Shown: positions 17,365 through 28,000, numbered from the stretch's first letter. The stretch is 64,000 nucleotides of DNA from a virus (IMGVR_UViG_3300037400_003531:5532-69531), one strand, 5' to 3'. Program-made: numbers and translations. The notes: generated from the letters alone by a model not told the origin.

Positions 17365-17772
17365 TTATTTTGTACACATAGTAGTTGATGTCAACGAATA
17401 CTCATCATTAAATGTGTTGGGATTTATGCACAAGAATCTGTAATAGGCATTCCACAACACAGGCCAGTCAGAAGCGTAATCTGAAAGAGTTTTGTATAAA
17501 CCATGTGCCCAAAGTTTATCCATATCAATTTTCTCAAAGCGAAATTTGAAACTAGGTATTGCATCGGCGCATACTATCATAAACTCTGCCAAAGCAGCTC
17601 TGACATCCTGCGGGTTCAACTTTCCTACAAAAACCCTGTCTTGAATCTTTATGCCTAGCCTTTTGTCAAGGATATGCTCTACCCGTCCGTAAATTTCTTC
17701 GTAACGTTCAGCGTCCGCCTTTTTGTCAAAGCGTGTCTTATCAACACACTCGTATATAGTTATCTTTTTCAT
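17365..17772 (-). CDS. Hypothetical protein
   Basis: 135-aa ORF starting YECVDKTRFDKKADAERYE. Confidence 0.75.
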   Translation of the reverse strand: MKKITIYECVDKTRFDKKADAERYEEIYGRVEHILDKRLGIKIQDRVFVGKLNPQDVRAALAEFMIVCADAIPSFKFRFEKIDMDKLWAHGLYKTLSDYASDWPVLWNAYYRFLCINPNTFNDEYSLTSTTMCTK

Positions 17773-18051
17773 TTATTGTTTCAAATTTCTTTGCTGTTTC
17801 TCATAATCATATTGGGTTTCAAGATTATATCCTTTATTACATTCTACTGCAATTTGATTTCCAAACATTAAACCTAAAGCTTTTCTACTAAACTTACAAA
17901 TTTCGCAAGAAATCATACCGTCAAGTTTCATATCAAGTTTGACTTGGGGGCAAATCTCTTTGTCTGTTCTTTTGATTTCCATTTTCATCGTATATTCTGA
18001 GTATTCTTGACATTCTTTTACTCTTAAGTTTTTCCTCTTCTTCTTTGTCAA
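17773..18051 (-). CDS. Small hypothetical protein; true start probably further downstream (MKMEIK)
   Basis: Stop abuts the next ATG; overlaps the 3' end of the upstream gene. Confidence 0.5.
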   Translation of the reverse strand: MTKKKRKNLRVKECQEYSEYTMKMEIKRTDKEICPQVKLDMKLDGMISCEICKFSRKALGLMFGNQIAVECNKGYNLETQYDYEKQQRNLKQ

Positions 18052-18382
18052 TCGCTTCGCACAACTGACCTATATTTTCTGAAACTAATTTAAAAGTACG
18101 TTCAGAAAAAAAGGATGCAAATCCATAAAATACTGGATCATTATATCGATTTGTAGCATGAATAGTACGTCCTTTATACTTAAACGGATATTGCCGAATG
18201 AAGTTTAATTGCTTCATAGCTTCATCTTTTGTATTCCAAATATCAGTTCTTGATGGGCCATATTTCCATCCTAAATAGTCACCAGCATAATATAATGGGC
18301 TGTATGAAAGATTAGTCCACCAGAAAAGCAATTTGATTTGAATAACAAACCCTGCACCTGTTTCAACGATTCTGTATTTCAT
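17933..18382 (-). CDS. Hypothetical protein
   Basis: MKYRIVETGAGFVIQIKLLFWW start; ATGA coupling with the upstream gene. Confidence 0.7.
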   Translation of the reverse strand: MKYRIVETGAGFVIQIKLLFWWTNLSYSPLYYAGDYLGWKYGPSRTDIWNTKDEAMKQLNFIRQYPFKYKGRTIHATNRYNDPVFYGFASFFSERTFKLVSENIGQLCEAIDKEEEEKLKSKRMSRILRIYDENGNQKNRQRDLPPSQT

Positions 18383-18546
18383 AGCCCAAAATCTTTTCTA
18401 ATTTGTGTTTTTATTTCTTCATTTACAGCCTTGTTTGCAGCAAGCAACGCTGCATAATAAGCGATTTGTCGTGCATCCTTGTCTTTTATCGGCACTGTCT
18501 CTTCTACTCTACTCACCGCCCAGTCTGCAATTTCTCTGTCAGTCAT
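18379..18546 (-). CDS. Small hypothetical protein (55 aa)
   Basis: Not in the track; MTDREIADWAVVRVEETVPIKDKDARQIAYYAALLAANK...; TGA overlaps the next ATG. Confidence 0.6.
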   Translation of the reverse strand: MTDREIADWAVSRVEETVPIKDKDARQIAYYAALLAANKAVNEEIKTQIRKDFGL

Positions 18547-18587
18547 ATTTCTAACTATATGTTATTACTATTCTAATCTCTTATATT

Positions 18588-19049
18588 TTAATCTTTACTG
18601 CAACCCTTGAAGGCTCGGTTCCGAACAGAGTTCCATTTTAGCCAAGATCCAAATATCGACTTCTTATTTTTTCGTCTTAAATCATCACATAACTTTGCGT
18701 AAAGTCTCGGCTGTTCCTTTAAAGCATCTTTTAACCTTTCATTTTCACATTCAATAAACTTTATTCTTTCTTCAGTTTCTGTTATATCTTTGTATTTCTG
18801 CTCTATGAGTTCCAAAAAACGTTCATTAAATTGCTCTTTTGTTTCGGCAAACCAAAACATTTTACTTCCATATACATAACCACCGATTTTCTTTTCTTTA
18901 ATAATCATAAGGTCTTTGAGCAATTCACCAGAAATCCTATAATCGGATTTTTCATCAACATTTCTAGATAATAACTCTAAAACATTCCCTTTATTAATCA
19001 TTACTATATCACCATTATATAGTCTTACTATTTTTTCTATTTCTTCCAT
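18588..19049 (-). CDS. Hypothetical coiled-coil protein
   Basis: 153-aa AT-rich ORF; first gene after the non-coding block. Confidence 0.7.
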   Translation of the reverse strand: MEEIEKIVRLYNGDIVMINKGNVLELLSRNVDEKSDYRISGELLKDLMIIKEKKIGGYVYGSKMFWFAETKEQFNERFLELIEQKYKDITETEERIKFIECENERLKDALKEQPRLYAKLCDDLRRKNKKSIFGSWLKWNSVRNRAFKGCSKD

Positions 19050-19074
19050 AATGTGTATTATATAATTATTTTTT

Positions 19075-19500
19075 TCATCCGATAAGGGTTTGAGCGTTTG
19101 GCTTGTGAAACCATAGTCTCCCCCTACCCCCAGGATAGAGTTTGACTTTGGTTTGCTTATACTTCTTCATCCGCCTAATGGGAATCACGTCCGTATAAGG
19201 TTGTCGCTCTTGGATGCTCTCACGACAACTTGCAGCATCTACAAAGCATCTTGCGCACCAGTCCACTTATTCAAACCGACTGCCAGCATTCGTGCATTGT
19301 CTCCCCGCCTTCTGCTGGTTTTTTACGAGGTTTGTGGGCGAAACATCTAACGTGTCAGTAAAACTGCTTTGTGGCCGTATAGTCCCACACTTCTCGGAAA
19401 TCCCACGGCAACTCACAATTTGTTACTTGGTGTGTAGGCCAACTGGCGTACATGGCATAATGCCTCCCGAACTCTATCAACACTTATCCTGTCCGTAGGT
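19075..19500 (-). ncRNA. Candidate large structured ncRNA (~430 nt)
   Basis: No credible ORF. Nested end pairings GATAAG/CTTATC and GATAGAGTT/AACTCTATC; internal helices GTTGTCG/CGACAAC, CCAGCA/TGCTGG, GATGCT/AGCATC, GTGGG/CCCAC. Confidence 0.5.
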
Positions 19501-19526
19501 TTCAATTGTTCAAAGAACGCAAGCCA

Positions 19527-19575
19527 AAAAAAAATCAACCTCTGCGTAACGGGGATTGCAGAGGTTGATTTTTGG
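19527..19575 (-). terminator. Strong intrinsic terminator after the tRNA-like gene
   Basis: 15-bp inverted repeat AAAATCAACCTCTGC/GCAGAGGTTGATTTT with a T9 tract on the minus strand. Confidence 0.8.
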
Positions 19576-19660
19576 CCTTTTAGTGTAGCCTAACACTTAA
19601 TCTCAACTCTTTAGCAGTTACCCGTATTTGCTATAAGTTTGCCTTTTCTTTTGGCTTTGC

Positions 19661-19732
19661 GACTGTGAATGGATTTGCACCATTGACCTGCGGTTTACTC
19701 GCCGCCGCTCTACCTATCTGAGCTACACAGTC
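19661..19732 (-). tRNA. Degenerate tRNA (Thr-like, AGT/GTA ambiguous), probable pseudo-tRNA
   Basis: Acceptor GACTGTG/CACAGTC, D-arm GCTC-AGATAGGTA-GAGC, T-arm AATGG-TGCAAAT-CCATT; anticodon arm is GCGG-CGAGTAAA-CCGC (one nt short, no U33); no CCA. Confidence 0.7.
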
Positions 19733-19774
19733 ACCTAACTAATTTAATCCTTAAAAAAACTCTTTCAAAGACGA

Positions 19775-19784
19775 TGCAAAGATA
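19775..19784 (-). promoter_or_regulatory. Host sigma-type promoter (-7 TATCTTTGCA), no dyad box; drives tRNA/ncRNA and accessory operon
   Basis: Perfect Bacteroidota -7 box; followed by a boxA-like CGTCTTTGAAAG. Confidence 0.75.
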
Positions 19785-19954
19785 CAAAGAAAAATCGATA
19801 TATAGAGTAAAAAATACACATTTATGAATTTTTGAGATATATTTTTTTCGTACTTTATTTTGTATCACACAATTAATTTTTCTTGCATCTAGCAAAAAAA
19901 TTTGCGTTCGAGGGATAATACCCTTCTTTTTTTCGTGCCATTCCTACTATTTTA

Positions 19955-22282
19955 TTACTTTTCATTTCTATTTCTTTCTCCATTGCCAAATCTTCTAGGT
20001 GTATATTGGTCAGGAATCATCCCAATACCAGGAGTATACTTATATTCTTTTCTAAACTCAACTGCTTCAGGGTCATCACTATAATACCAATCCAATTCCA
20101 TATTATATGTAGGATGATTTCTATCCTTCATAAACTCATAAGAATTAGTGATAGGATTAAAAGCTACTGAATTAGCATGATAGCCATCATCTTGCTTAGT
20201 AAACAATCCCTTTTGAATTCCTTCATTAAAATCTTTAGGATAGCCATTTAACTCCCAGTATCTTCTCATGTTATATTCATCACCGCTATTCTTTAAGTTA
20301 TCAGGAAGGGTATTAAGAAATTTAGTGTATGGAGGTTCATCAATACTGCCTCCTTTCTCCTTTGAATGAATCTTCACTTCGGGTAGGACCCACGGTATTT
20401 GAATTAGCTTTTCATAATCTTCTCCCAAAGTTGGATCGTCCCAAAGATAGTTTATCATAGGTACAAGATGATGTTGTTTATACATCTTATCATATATTTC
20501 AAATGGCCAATACTCCAATTCCGAGGGTTGTATTCCACTTGTTACAACTACTGGATTTCCAATTCTATTCACTATATTTGCAGCTCTACTCCGTATGTCT
20601 TTTCCATAAAAGTCATAGTCATTCAAGTCCCATCCTTTCACATATCCCTTTCCAGTTTTTGAATCCACATAATAAGCTGTAGGAAAGTTCCCCGGGTCTT
20701 CTAAATATAATGCAGGCTCTCCATCTTCGTCTAATGTATAGCCTAAATAAATCAAGTCATCTCTTTTTGCTGCATCTGGCTTGCTCTGCCATACAGGTAT
20801 ATCTCGACCATCTTTTTCCACAGCCTTCTTTACCAATCCATAATCACCAGGCCGTTCAGTATATCCAGCCCTCCTAAACATTTCTGCCTGTTCTTCTCTT
20901 GGCATGAGAAATGTGGCCTGGGCCACACCATTATTATTATTCCTATATGGATTGAATAAAGCAGTGAATTTTGCTCCTTCCTGCCAACCAGTAAATGGGT
21001 CTTCATAACCACCCATATCTTCTCCCCAAATCTTTTGTCCTAAATTCATTATTTTGGCACTTCTTTTATAATGCCTTTGCAGTCTCTTCTCTTTTCTTTT
21101 ATCAGCATATTCTATCGGCTCCATTAATTGCTTGTCCGGCTCACTCCAATAGGGCGGGTCATCCAATAAACCGCCTTCAGCGAATTGAAAACCTTCTTTT
21201 ATACTTTGTATTAATGGATCTTCTGTATAAAAGTCATAAACATCTTCACCTGCTCTTCCAAAATTGACAGTTGTTGCTCCAAGATTCCAACCTGTAGCAA
21301 AACTATTAGCTGCTTGGGTTCCTCTTTTTTGCATCAATTGTTTTACAATTTCTGTAGCAGGTTTGGTCGTAATATCCTGTACTGCACTTGTAGTTGTATT
21401 AATAAAATTACCAGCTCTTGGAGATATTCTACCTACAAGATTACCTAAAACTTCTTCCCCAGTATCTAAAATGTTATTATTAAATCTAGCTAATCTAGAA
21501 CCATTCTCAACTGCTTTTACTTTACCAACTGCTGGCAACATTCCTACAAAATTCATTCCTACATTTTCACCAGAAGCAACACTATTTAAGAAGTCAGGTA
21601 CTCCAGTTAGTCCAGTCGGGTCAAATGGTTGTAAGAACCTTAATCCTTTCAAAGTTATATCCATTTCTTTTGGAGTAATAGGATGAGGTTCAAAAGGAGT
21701 TCTAGGATTATTTGGATTATCTCTTTTTACCTTTTCATCTGAATCATAGATAACATTTGGATTACCAGTTTCTTGTGATTGTCTAATAAATTGTTGAGCT
21801 TTTCTTCTTTGGTATTCCTCATCTGACATAGGTTCTGATGTAATATATTTTGGTGATACATTATTATCAGACAAAGTTATGTTTGGTGATGCTTTATATT
21901 GAATAGTTCTTTCTCCTACAATAGAACCTTCTTTACTCCATCCATGCTGTTTGGCTACATCAGCTACATACTCATAAGCTTGCTCATCTGACAACCCTCT
22001 TTGTTTAGCCTCGTTGAAAGCTTTTGTAATTATACTATCTGGATGATCTTTTGCATTTTCTACATGCCATTTGCCTCTAGCACGTTTTTCATTATCATTA
22101 ATATCATTTCTTTTAGGTACACTGTTTATTGGAGGGTAGTCTGGAGAAGTAAAACCACCTTCCGCAAATTCCATTCCATCCCACAATCTACGCATTGTAG
22201 CAAGGTCACGCACACCATGCCGCAGCATAATGCCCATGGCCTTGCTCTTTTGCGTTAAATTCATTTCGTCCCACTTCATCAT
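19955..22282 (-). CDS. Modular virion cargo/effector protein with GG-motif-delimited domains
   Basis: 775 aa; FAEGGFTSPDYPP, FAEGGLLDDPPY and EKGGSIDEPPY repeats; coupled to the upstream cargo gene. Confidence 0.7.
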   Translation of the reverse strand: MMKWDEMNLTQKSKAMGIMLRHGVRDLATMRRLWDGMEFAEGGFTSPDYPPINSVPKRNDINDNEKRARGKWHVENAKDHPDSIITKAFNEAKQRGLSDEQAYEYVADVAKQHGWSKEGSIVGERTIQYKASPNITLSDNNVSPKYITSEPMSDEEYQRRKAQQFIRQSQETGNPNVIYDSDEKVKRDNPNNPRTPFEPHPITPKEMDITLKGLRFLQPFDPTGLTGVPDFLNSVASGENVGMNFVGMLPAVGKVKAVENGSRLARFNNNILDTGEEVLGNLVGRISPRAGNFINTTTSAVQDITTKPATEIVKQLMQKRGTQAANSFATGWNLGATTVNFGRAGEDVYDFYTEDPLIQSIKEGFQFAEGGLLDDPPYWSEPDKQLMEPIEYADKRKEKRLQRHYKRSAKIMNLGQKIWGEDMGGYEDPFTGWQEGAKFTALFNPYRNNNNGVAQATFLMPREEQAEMFRRAGYTERPGDYGLVKKAVEKDGRDIPVWQSKPDAAKRDDLIYLGYTLDEDGEPALYLEDPGNFPTAYYVDSKTGKGYVKGWDLNDYDFYGKDIRSRAANIVNRIGNPVVVTSGIQPSELEYWPFEIYDKMYKQHHLVPMINYLWDDPTLGEDYEKLIQIPWVLPEVKIHSKEKGGSIDEPPYTKFLNTLPDNLKNSGDEYNMRRYWELNGYPKDFNEGIQKGLFTKQDDGYHANSVAFNPITNSYEFMKDRNHPTYNMELDWYYSDDPEAVEFRKEYKYTPGIGMIPDQYTPRRFGNGERNRNEK

Positions 22283-24987
22283 TTCCTCCTTCCTCTTCGC
22301 CCGATAGGTCCGTACATGTTCTCTACTCCCACGCCTGGATATACTCCATTCTCTACCAGCCAGCCTAGTGCCTCGTTGTTGTACCAGTCCTTATATGCTT
22401 CTCCCAAATTCGTCATCGCCGCACTAACTCCGGCACTGTTCGCCTGGCTGGCCAATGTGGTCGCTTCATCACGCGCTTCTGCCACACTCTTTACCCTGTC
22501 CCAATCCAACTGATTCAATCCAAAATTGGTTAACTCAGCACGGTTGGCAGCATCTGCATTCACTTTGTCAGTATCACGGTTGAACGAGGCTACCTCAGTC
22601 CTGTTTTTGTCATTGTACTGACGGGCCTGCTCATAGGCTGTGCCTATCCCTATCATGTCATTGAAGTCTGCTGCCAGCAAGGCTGCATCACGCGATGGCG
22701 TAATCCTATTTCCCAAGACTGCACGCGTACCTGCAGCTCTCCCTCTTTGCACATTACCCATATAGTCCATATCTATTGGGTCGTAGGCAAGATAGTGACC
22801 TATCGGAACATAGTCTACAGGCTCGGGTCTGGAGGTGTCTAGCAACATCGCTTTCTCATAGTCTGGACGGTTCCATGCTCCAGCCAACGCGATTCCTGCC
22901 GAGGCTATTCCCGGCCATGGACTGTAGCCGGGATAGGGTATCTTCTCGGCTGGCGCACCAGGAGCCTCAACAAAATAGTCCGTGTATCTCACACCGTCTT
23001 CTGTTGGCGTTCTGAACTGGTAAGGCGATGTGTAGTCCGCATGGCTTAACACCCATTGGTTGTATTCGTCAGGGTTGCCTATCAGCGTGTAGTTCTTGCC
23101 GTCCCTGATATAGTATCTGATGCCTGTCAATGGGTCGGGCAAAGTTTCTACTACAGGTTCTTTGGGTGTGGGAGCATTCACTTCATCCAAAATCCATTGT
23201 GGTGTCTTCCAGTAGGTACCAGGGTAATCATCTTCTCGCTTGTTGAAGATGTCGTTGTAGTTATGGGCCACGCCAGCCTTCCAGCTACCATCCTCATTCA
23301 CGAACTTTCTCGCCCATTTCTTTGCCGCTGCCGGCGTGTCTGCCGAAGCTATCACGTCGTTGAGGTATCTTCGCATATTCTCTTCCCCTGCTTTCAGCCA
23401 TGCAGTGCCCTGTTGGTAGGCTTTGCTATTTCGCATATACTGGGCCACTGTCTTTCTATCGGCTTCAGCTAATTTAACTCCATTAGCATTTGCTGCTGCC
23501 AAGGCCTCCAGCCAACCGGGGTCAGTGCTGCCGTTCCAAGCAGAACCACTTTCATTTCCCCATGCGCCGTTCCTAAAACTGATAGAACCTGCCTTGGGTT
23601 TCCCTCCATCGGGATATAGATGTCCTCCATTAGCCATCATAGGCGCTTCTGCCCCCATGGCTGGCATCCCCTGCATTGGCTGCTGTATCGGTTGCTGCAT
23701 TGGGGCCTCCTGAGGCATCTTAGGCACCTGCATGCCGATTCCCTCTGTCGGCATACCATATCCCATACCCTGTACGCCTTCAGTGGCCTGCATCGGCATT
23801 CCTCCAGCCAAGGCCGCAATCTCATCAGGAGTCATATAGCTCATCATTTTTTGGAGCTCTTTGGCGGCTTTCTCGGCTCTTGTCAGTTCTTGCGCATCCA
23901 TAAGCCTACCCAACATGTCATCCACCGTCTCACGGGCCACAAGGTCATTCTCTCGCTCCTCGCTTTCTTTCTGTATCATTTTGGCTATTTCCGCATAGCT
24001 CTTGCCTTCATATCGTTTGTTCGAAAGCACAAAATCTTTCAAAATGCCCTTGCGTGGTTTCAGACGGTTCGAGAAGATATAATTCTCTTTGTCCCATTTG
24101 ACTTCTCCCTCTTCTACCAGATTCGGCATTCCATCAGGGGCCACTCCAATAGGCACGCCACCTAGTGGGTTGCGTTCATGACTCCCACCTGCTTGTATCT
24201 CTGTCACTCCATTACCTCCGCTCATAGGGCTTCTTACCACTCCTCCTTCGGCATATACATAATCTCTCGCAAATTGTCCCAATCGGTCATGATTTATCTG
24301 TCCGGCACCCAATGCCAATGCATAGGCTCTGTTCGCTTCCTGTTCCTGTCTTTCCTGATTGTATATGTCAGCTTCTCGTCGGGCTCGGCTGTTGCGTATT
24401 TCATTTCCAATGATGCTACCAAACAAACCAACACCTGCGCCAATCGCTGTCCCTATTCCCGGAGCAATCATGCTCCCCGCTGAGGCCCCAGCGATAGCGT
24501 TTCCAACTACATTAGTCCAATATCCTCCGTGGTCATATCTATGACCCATATTACCACCGCATTTAAAATAGTCTGTCACCCCGAAATCATATCCGTCATA
24601 ACGAGGTAGGGGATCGATACGGGATAGTCTGGCTAATCCTTCCTGGCTTGTGGGTACTTTAACGGCTTCCGAATTATAACTATTTTTAGTGTAGTCGTTC
24701 GCTGTTCCGTAAATATCTGCAGCCATCCCTGCTGCTGCGCCTGCTGCTGCCAAATAAGGCATGTATGACGGCCCTCCTTGAAGCGTTTCAGGTGCAGGAC
24801 TACCAACCTCGATCTCATCCTGCGGGATAAGCCCTGCTTGCTGCGCTATCCAGCGGTAGGTGTTCGTACCTTCTGTTCCAGCCGCAGGCTTCGCAAACAC
24901 AGGCCACTGTCCCATAAATTCCGTTCCTATTGGTAACGGATTCTCTCCAAATGGATTTATTGTATATCTTCCTTTAACTTGTGCCAT
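22279..24987 (-). CDS. Cargo protein C1-like (ejected, membrane-spanning)
   Basis: Glycine-zipper helix AIAGASAGSMIAPGIGTAIGAGVGLFGSIIG; GGSHERNPLGGV..GMPNLVEEGE..YIFSNRL; follows the muzzle gene as in crAss-like phages. Confidence 0.8.
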   Translation of the reverse strand: MAQVKGRYTINPFGENPLPIGTEFMGQWPVFAKPAAGTEGTNTYRWIAQQAGLIPQDEIEVGSPAPETLQGGPSYMPYLAAAGAAAGMAADIYGTANDYTKNSYNSEAVKVPTSQEGLARLSRIDPLPRYDGYDFGVTDYFKCGGNMGHRYDHGGYWTNVVGNAIAGASAGSMIAPGIGTAIGAGVGLFGSIIGNEIRNSRARREADIYNQERQEQEANRAYALALGAGQINHDRLGQFARDYVYAEGGVVRSPMSGGNGVTEIQAGGSHERNPLGGVPIGVAPDGMPNLVEEGEVKWDKENYIFSNRLKPRKGILKDFVLSNKRYEGKSYAEIAKMIQKESEERENDLVARETVDDMLGRLMDAQELTRAEKAAKELQKMMSYMTPDEIAALAGGMPMQATEGVQGMGYGMPTEGIGMQVPKMPQEAPMQQPIQQPMQGMPAMGAEAPMMANGGHLYPDGGKPKAGSISFRNGAWGNESGSAWNGSTDPGWLEALAAANANGVKLAEADRKTVAQYMRNSKAYQQGTAWLKAGEENMRRYLNDVIASADTPAAAKKWARKFVNEDGSWKAGVAHNYNDIFNKREDDYPGTYWKTPQWILDEVNAPTPKEPVVETLPDPLTGIRYYIRDGKNYTLIGNPDEYNQWVLSHADYTSPYQFRTPTEDGVRYTDYFVEAPGAPAEKIPYPGYSPWPGIASAGIALAGAWNRPDYEKAMLLDTSRPEPVDYVPIGHYLAYDPIDMDYMGNVQRGRAAGTRAVLGNRITPSRDAALLAADFNDMIGIGTAYEQARQYNDKNRTEVASFNRDTDKVNADAANRAELTNFGLNQLDWDRVKSVAEARDEATTLASQANSAGVSAAMTNLGEAYKDWYNNEALGWLVENGVYPGVGVENMYGPIGRRGRRK

Positions 24988-25026
24988 ATTTTATCCTTTC
25001 TATAGTTTCTACTATTACTATTTTTC

Positions 25027-28000
25027 CTATTCCAAATAGCCGACAATTACTGAATGCAATACGCTTCTCCAGTCTTTGTCGAGGTTTTTAGTCTTGGTCA
25101 GCCGCAGTTTTATCCATGGATTCCTAAACCTGTCTGTCATTTGCCCATACTCTTTTTCTGTGTAGCCGTCTCGTGGCATGTCGCTATGCCACATCCTAAA
25201 TTTTTTGGCTATCCGGGGATAAAGTCCCTCCCAGGTCGTAGTTCCCTGCTGATATTCCGTCATGCAGTCTAATCGGTCAAAATGTTCCCACTCCTTATAC
25301 CGGTCTTTTTGGTCTTCCTGGCTGTCATCAAATGTGTCAAACTGAAAGCTAACATTGGTCCATGTCTTGTCTGCCAGCGTGCTGTCCTTATCCGAACCGT
25401 CACTGTGGCATATCAGTTCCGTCCAATACGTCCTAAAGCTTCCAAAGTAATAGTTATAACGACCTGCATTGTGTTCATAGAGGATAGTCTTAGCTCCGGA
25501 ACCAGCATAGTCGCTTCCCATAGTTCTTAGCATTATTTCGTGTCCCAGGACCGATTCCATAAATGGTGTTCCTTCATAGTCGTAGAACGAGGTGAAATAA
25601 CCTATCTGCTCACTATAACTAAGTGCTGCCGTTCGGGTGACAAACATCACTTCACTATTCTTTTTGTCATATAGTCCGCGAAGGCATTCGAAACGATTAA
25701 GTCCCCATATGTGGGACATATCAGCCACTTCTTTTGCCCAACTGCCTAACCCTTTGTCAACTCCTATACTATGTATGCTACGCTGGCTATCGATATAGAA
25801 CAAATCACGTTGTCCGTCATCCATGAAATAAGTCCCTAAGGGGCTCTTCACGATACTCCATTTATTGTGGCATCCCAGATGTTCGTTCAGATAGTAACTA
25901 CCTGTTACCTTGCCACTGTTGGCAATCTCAAGCGGTACACCTGATTCCGTTTGTACCGCTTGCTGTTCGTTAAAGAGAATCCTACCAACACCACTATCTT
26001 GGAATGTTAGTATATCGTCAAAGTGCTTAACTAACCCTCGGATTGCTCCCTTTGCTCCGTCCATGTCTATGGTATTAGCCAAGGTGATATTTGTAAATAC
26101 GTCCGTGAATTCGCCTTTCTGTTTTGTCTTCGTCCATGCAACGGTCATCGGATATTCTTCTTGTATCTTTTTTCTATGGTCCAAGGCTCTATACTGAAAA
26201 TAGTTCGGTGTCTGACCATAGGCTTCATTTATCCTGTTGCTATTCGTGGGCCTTGTGTTCTCATTGTTTTCTAATCCGCGGTTCCTGTCATATCGGCCAT
26301 CTATGTTCACCCTCGTCTCACACATAAATGACACAATATCCACTATCTGGTTTAGGTCTTCTTCCGTATTAGGAATGGTATGTAGATTGTCATAACGCTG
26401 GTAATAAGTATCTCCCATGCTCCACTCTATCTGCACTACACTTTTCAATCGGTTATAGCTATCTCGCAACGATACGGCTTCCCCACATACAATCCATGTG
26501 TTTGCTGCCAAGGCTTCTTCACTCTCACCACCAAATCGATTGTGTATGTCTTGATCGTCCCTGTATAACTCTGCTAGATAGAATATACCGTAATTGTTTC
26601 CACAGATGACATTCGTTAGTTGCGTATTGGCTATGACCGATTTCTGTGTGAAACCACCATATTGGCCAATAGTATCCCACATATAACGCTTCCCACTCAT
26701 ATCAAATGTTCTAGATGTTACGGCACTTTCTGTATTGTCTGCCCATTCTATACCCCTACTTCTTTCTAACGGAGTTCCATTGTTAGCATATACGTCATTG
26801 TATGTACCAAATTTTGGCAGTGCACTTATTTCCTTTTTGTTATTGCGTGTAACAGATTTCAAGTGTAACACCATTCCAGTAGTCCCTCGATATTGGACTG
26901 GAACGGCTTCTGTTCCGACTACGCATGATGATGCTGTTGTCCGACGGTCTTCCTGGCCAGCAGCTCTGTCTACCAATGTTCCGATTCCGGGATATACGAA
27001 ATGGTTCGTATATTCATAGTTCCCCCACTCTTTCGTTCTTACATTTGGTACTACCATCCTATTGACGCTGAAGTCAAAGATTTTCGCACCTCCGTCTACT
27101 TCAAATTGAACCAACCCACTGTCTACTGTGTTAAAATAGCTAGGCTTATCAATATCTATTGTTACTTCATCATCCAGCGGTATACTTTCAAATGAATATC
27201 TGATACTGTCATATATCTTTTTTTGCAATGTGCTTTTCGACTCACAAATGTACCTTGGAGAAAACGTCCCTAGGCCTGGTCCTCTCAGTCTATCATAGTT
27301 CTCTATCACCTCTTCATAGGTCAGCGTCTTGGTGTGGAAAGGATATATCTTATTGGTGCCATAGTAGTCTACATGATGGTTCTCTTCATCCATCCCCACA
27401 TAGTCATCATGAAAGTCAGCCTGTATACCTCCAAATTCCGTGAACTGCCATTGGCCCATGTATGTGTCTGCCACGCCGCCTTGCTGCACCTCTCTTTTTG
27501 GTGTATGGAAATAATTTTCTTCTGCAATTCGTTCTGCTGCCATGTATACACCCTCATTATGATATGTCAGAGGCACTAATCCTACTATCCTCATCTTCAC
27601 ACCGTCCATATCCATCTTTGCCATCTCACTTAAATATTCTACTTCGGGACTATGAAACGTCTCTATACTCTGGTCAACAAAAAACTCCGACCGCAAATGA
27701 CTTGCCCTGTTCTCTACTGTCACTTGACTATTGTTTACTGACTTCTCTTGCCATGGATATACATTAGCCCATATCGTATAGTCTATCGTCTTGAACGGAC
27801 TATCACTTCCATTTGCAATATAGCCTTCATAATTATTTACCAACTCGGCATTACTGCCATATCCCCCATCACTACCATAGTATCTGTTTGTCGGCGGCAA
27901 GGGATGAAAATGCCTCACTTCCAGCCCTCCATGCCGTGTTATCCTATTGGGCTCTTCCAAATCGTCAATATCTGCTGGACTCAGATCTTCTTCACTTATC

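Noticed and set aside
19240-19390. Group I intron core (GACT/AGTC resembling P7)
   Set aside because: The flanking R and S consensus and the P7 closing pair do not fit, and no interrupted gene flanks it.
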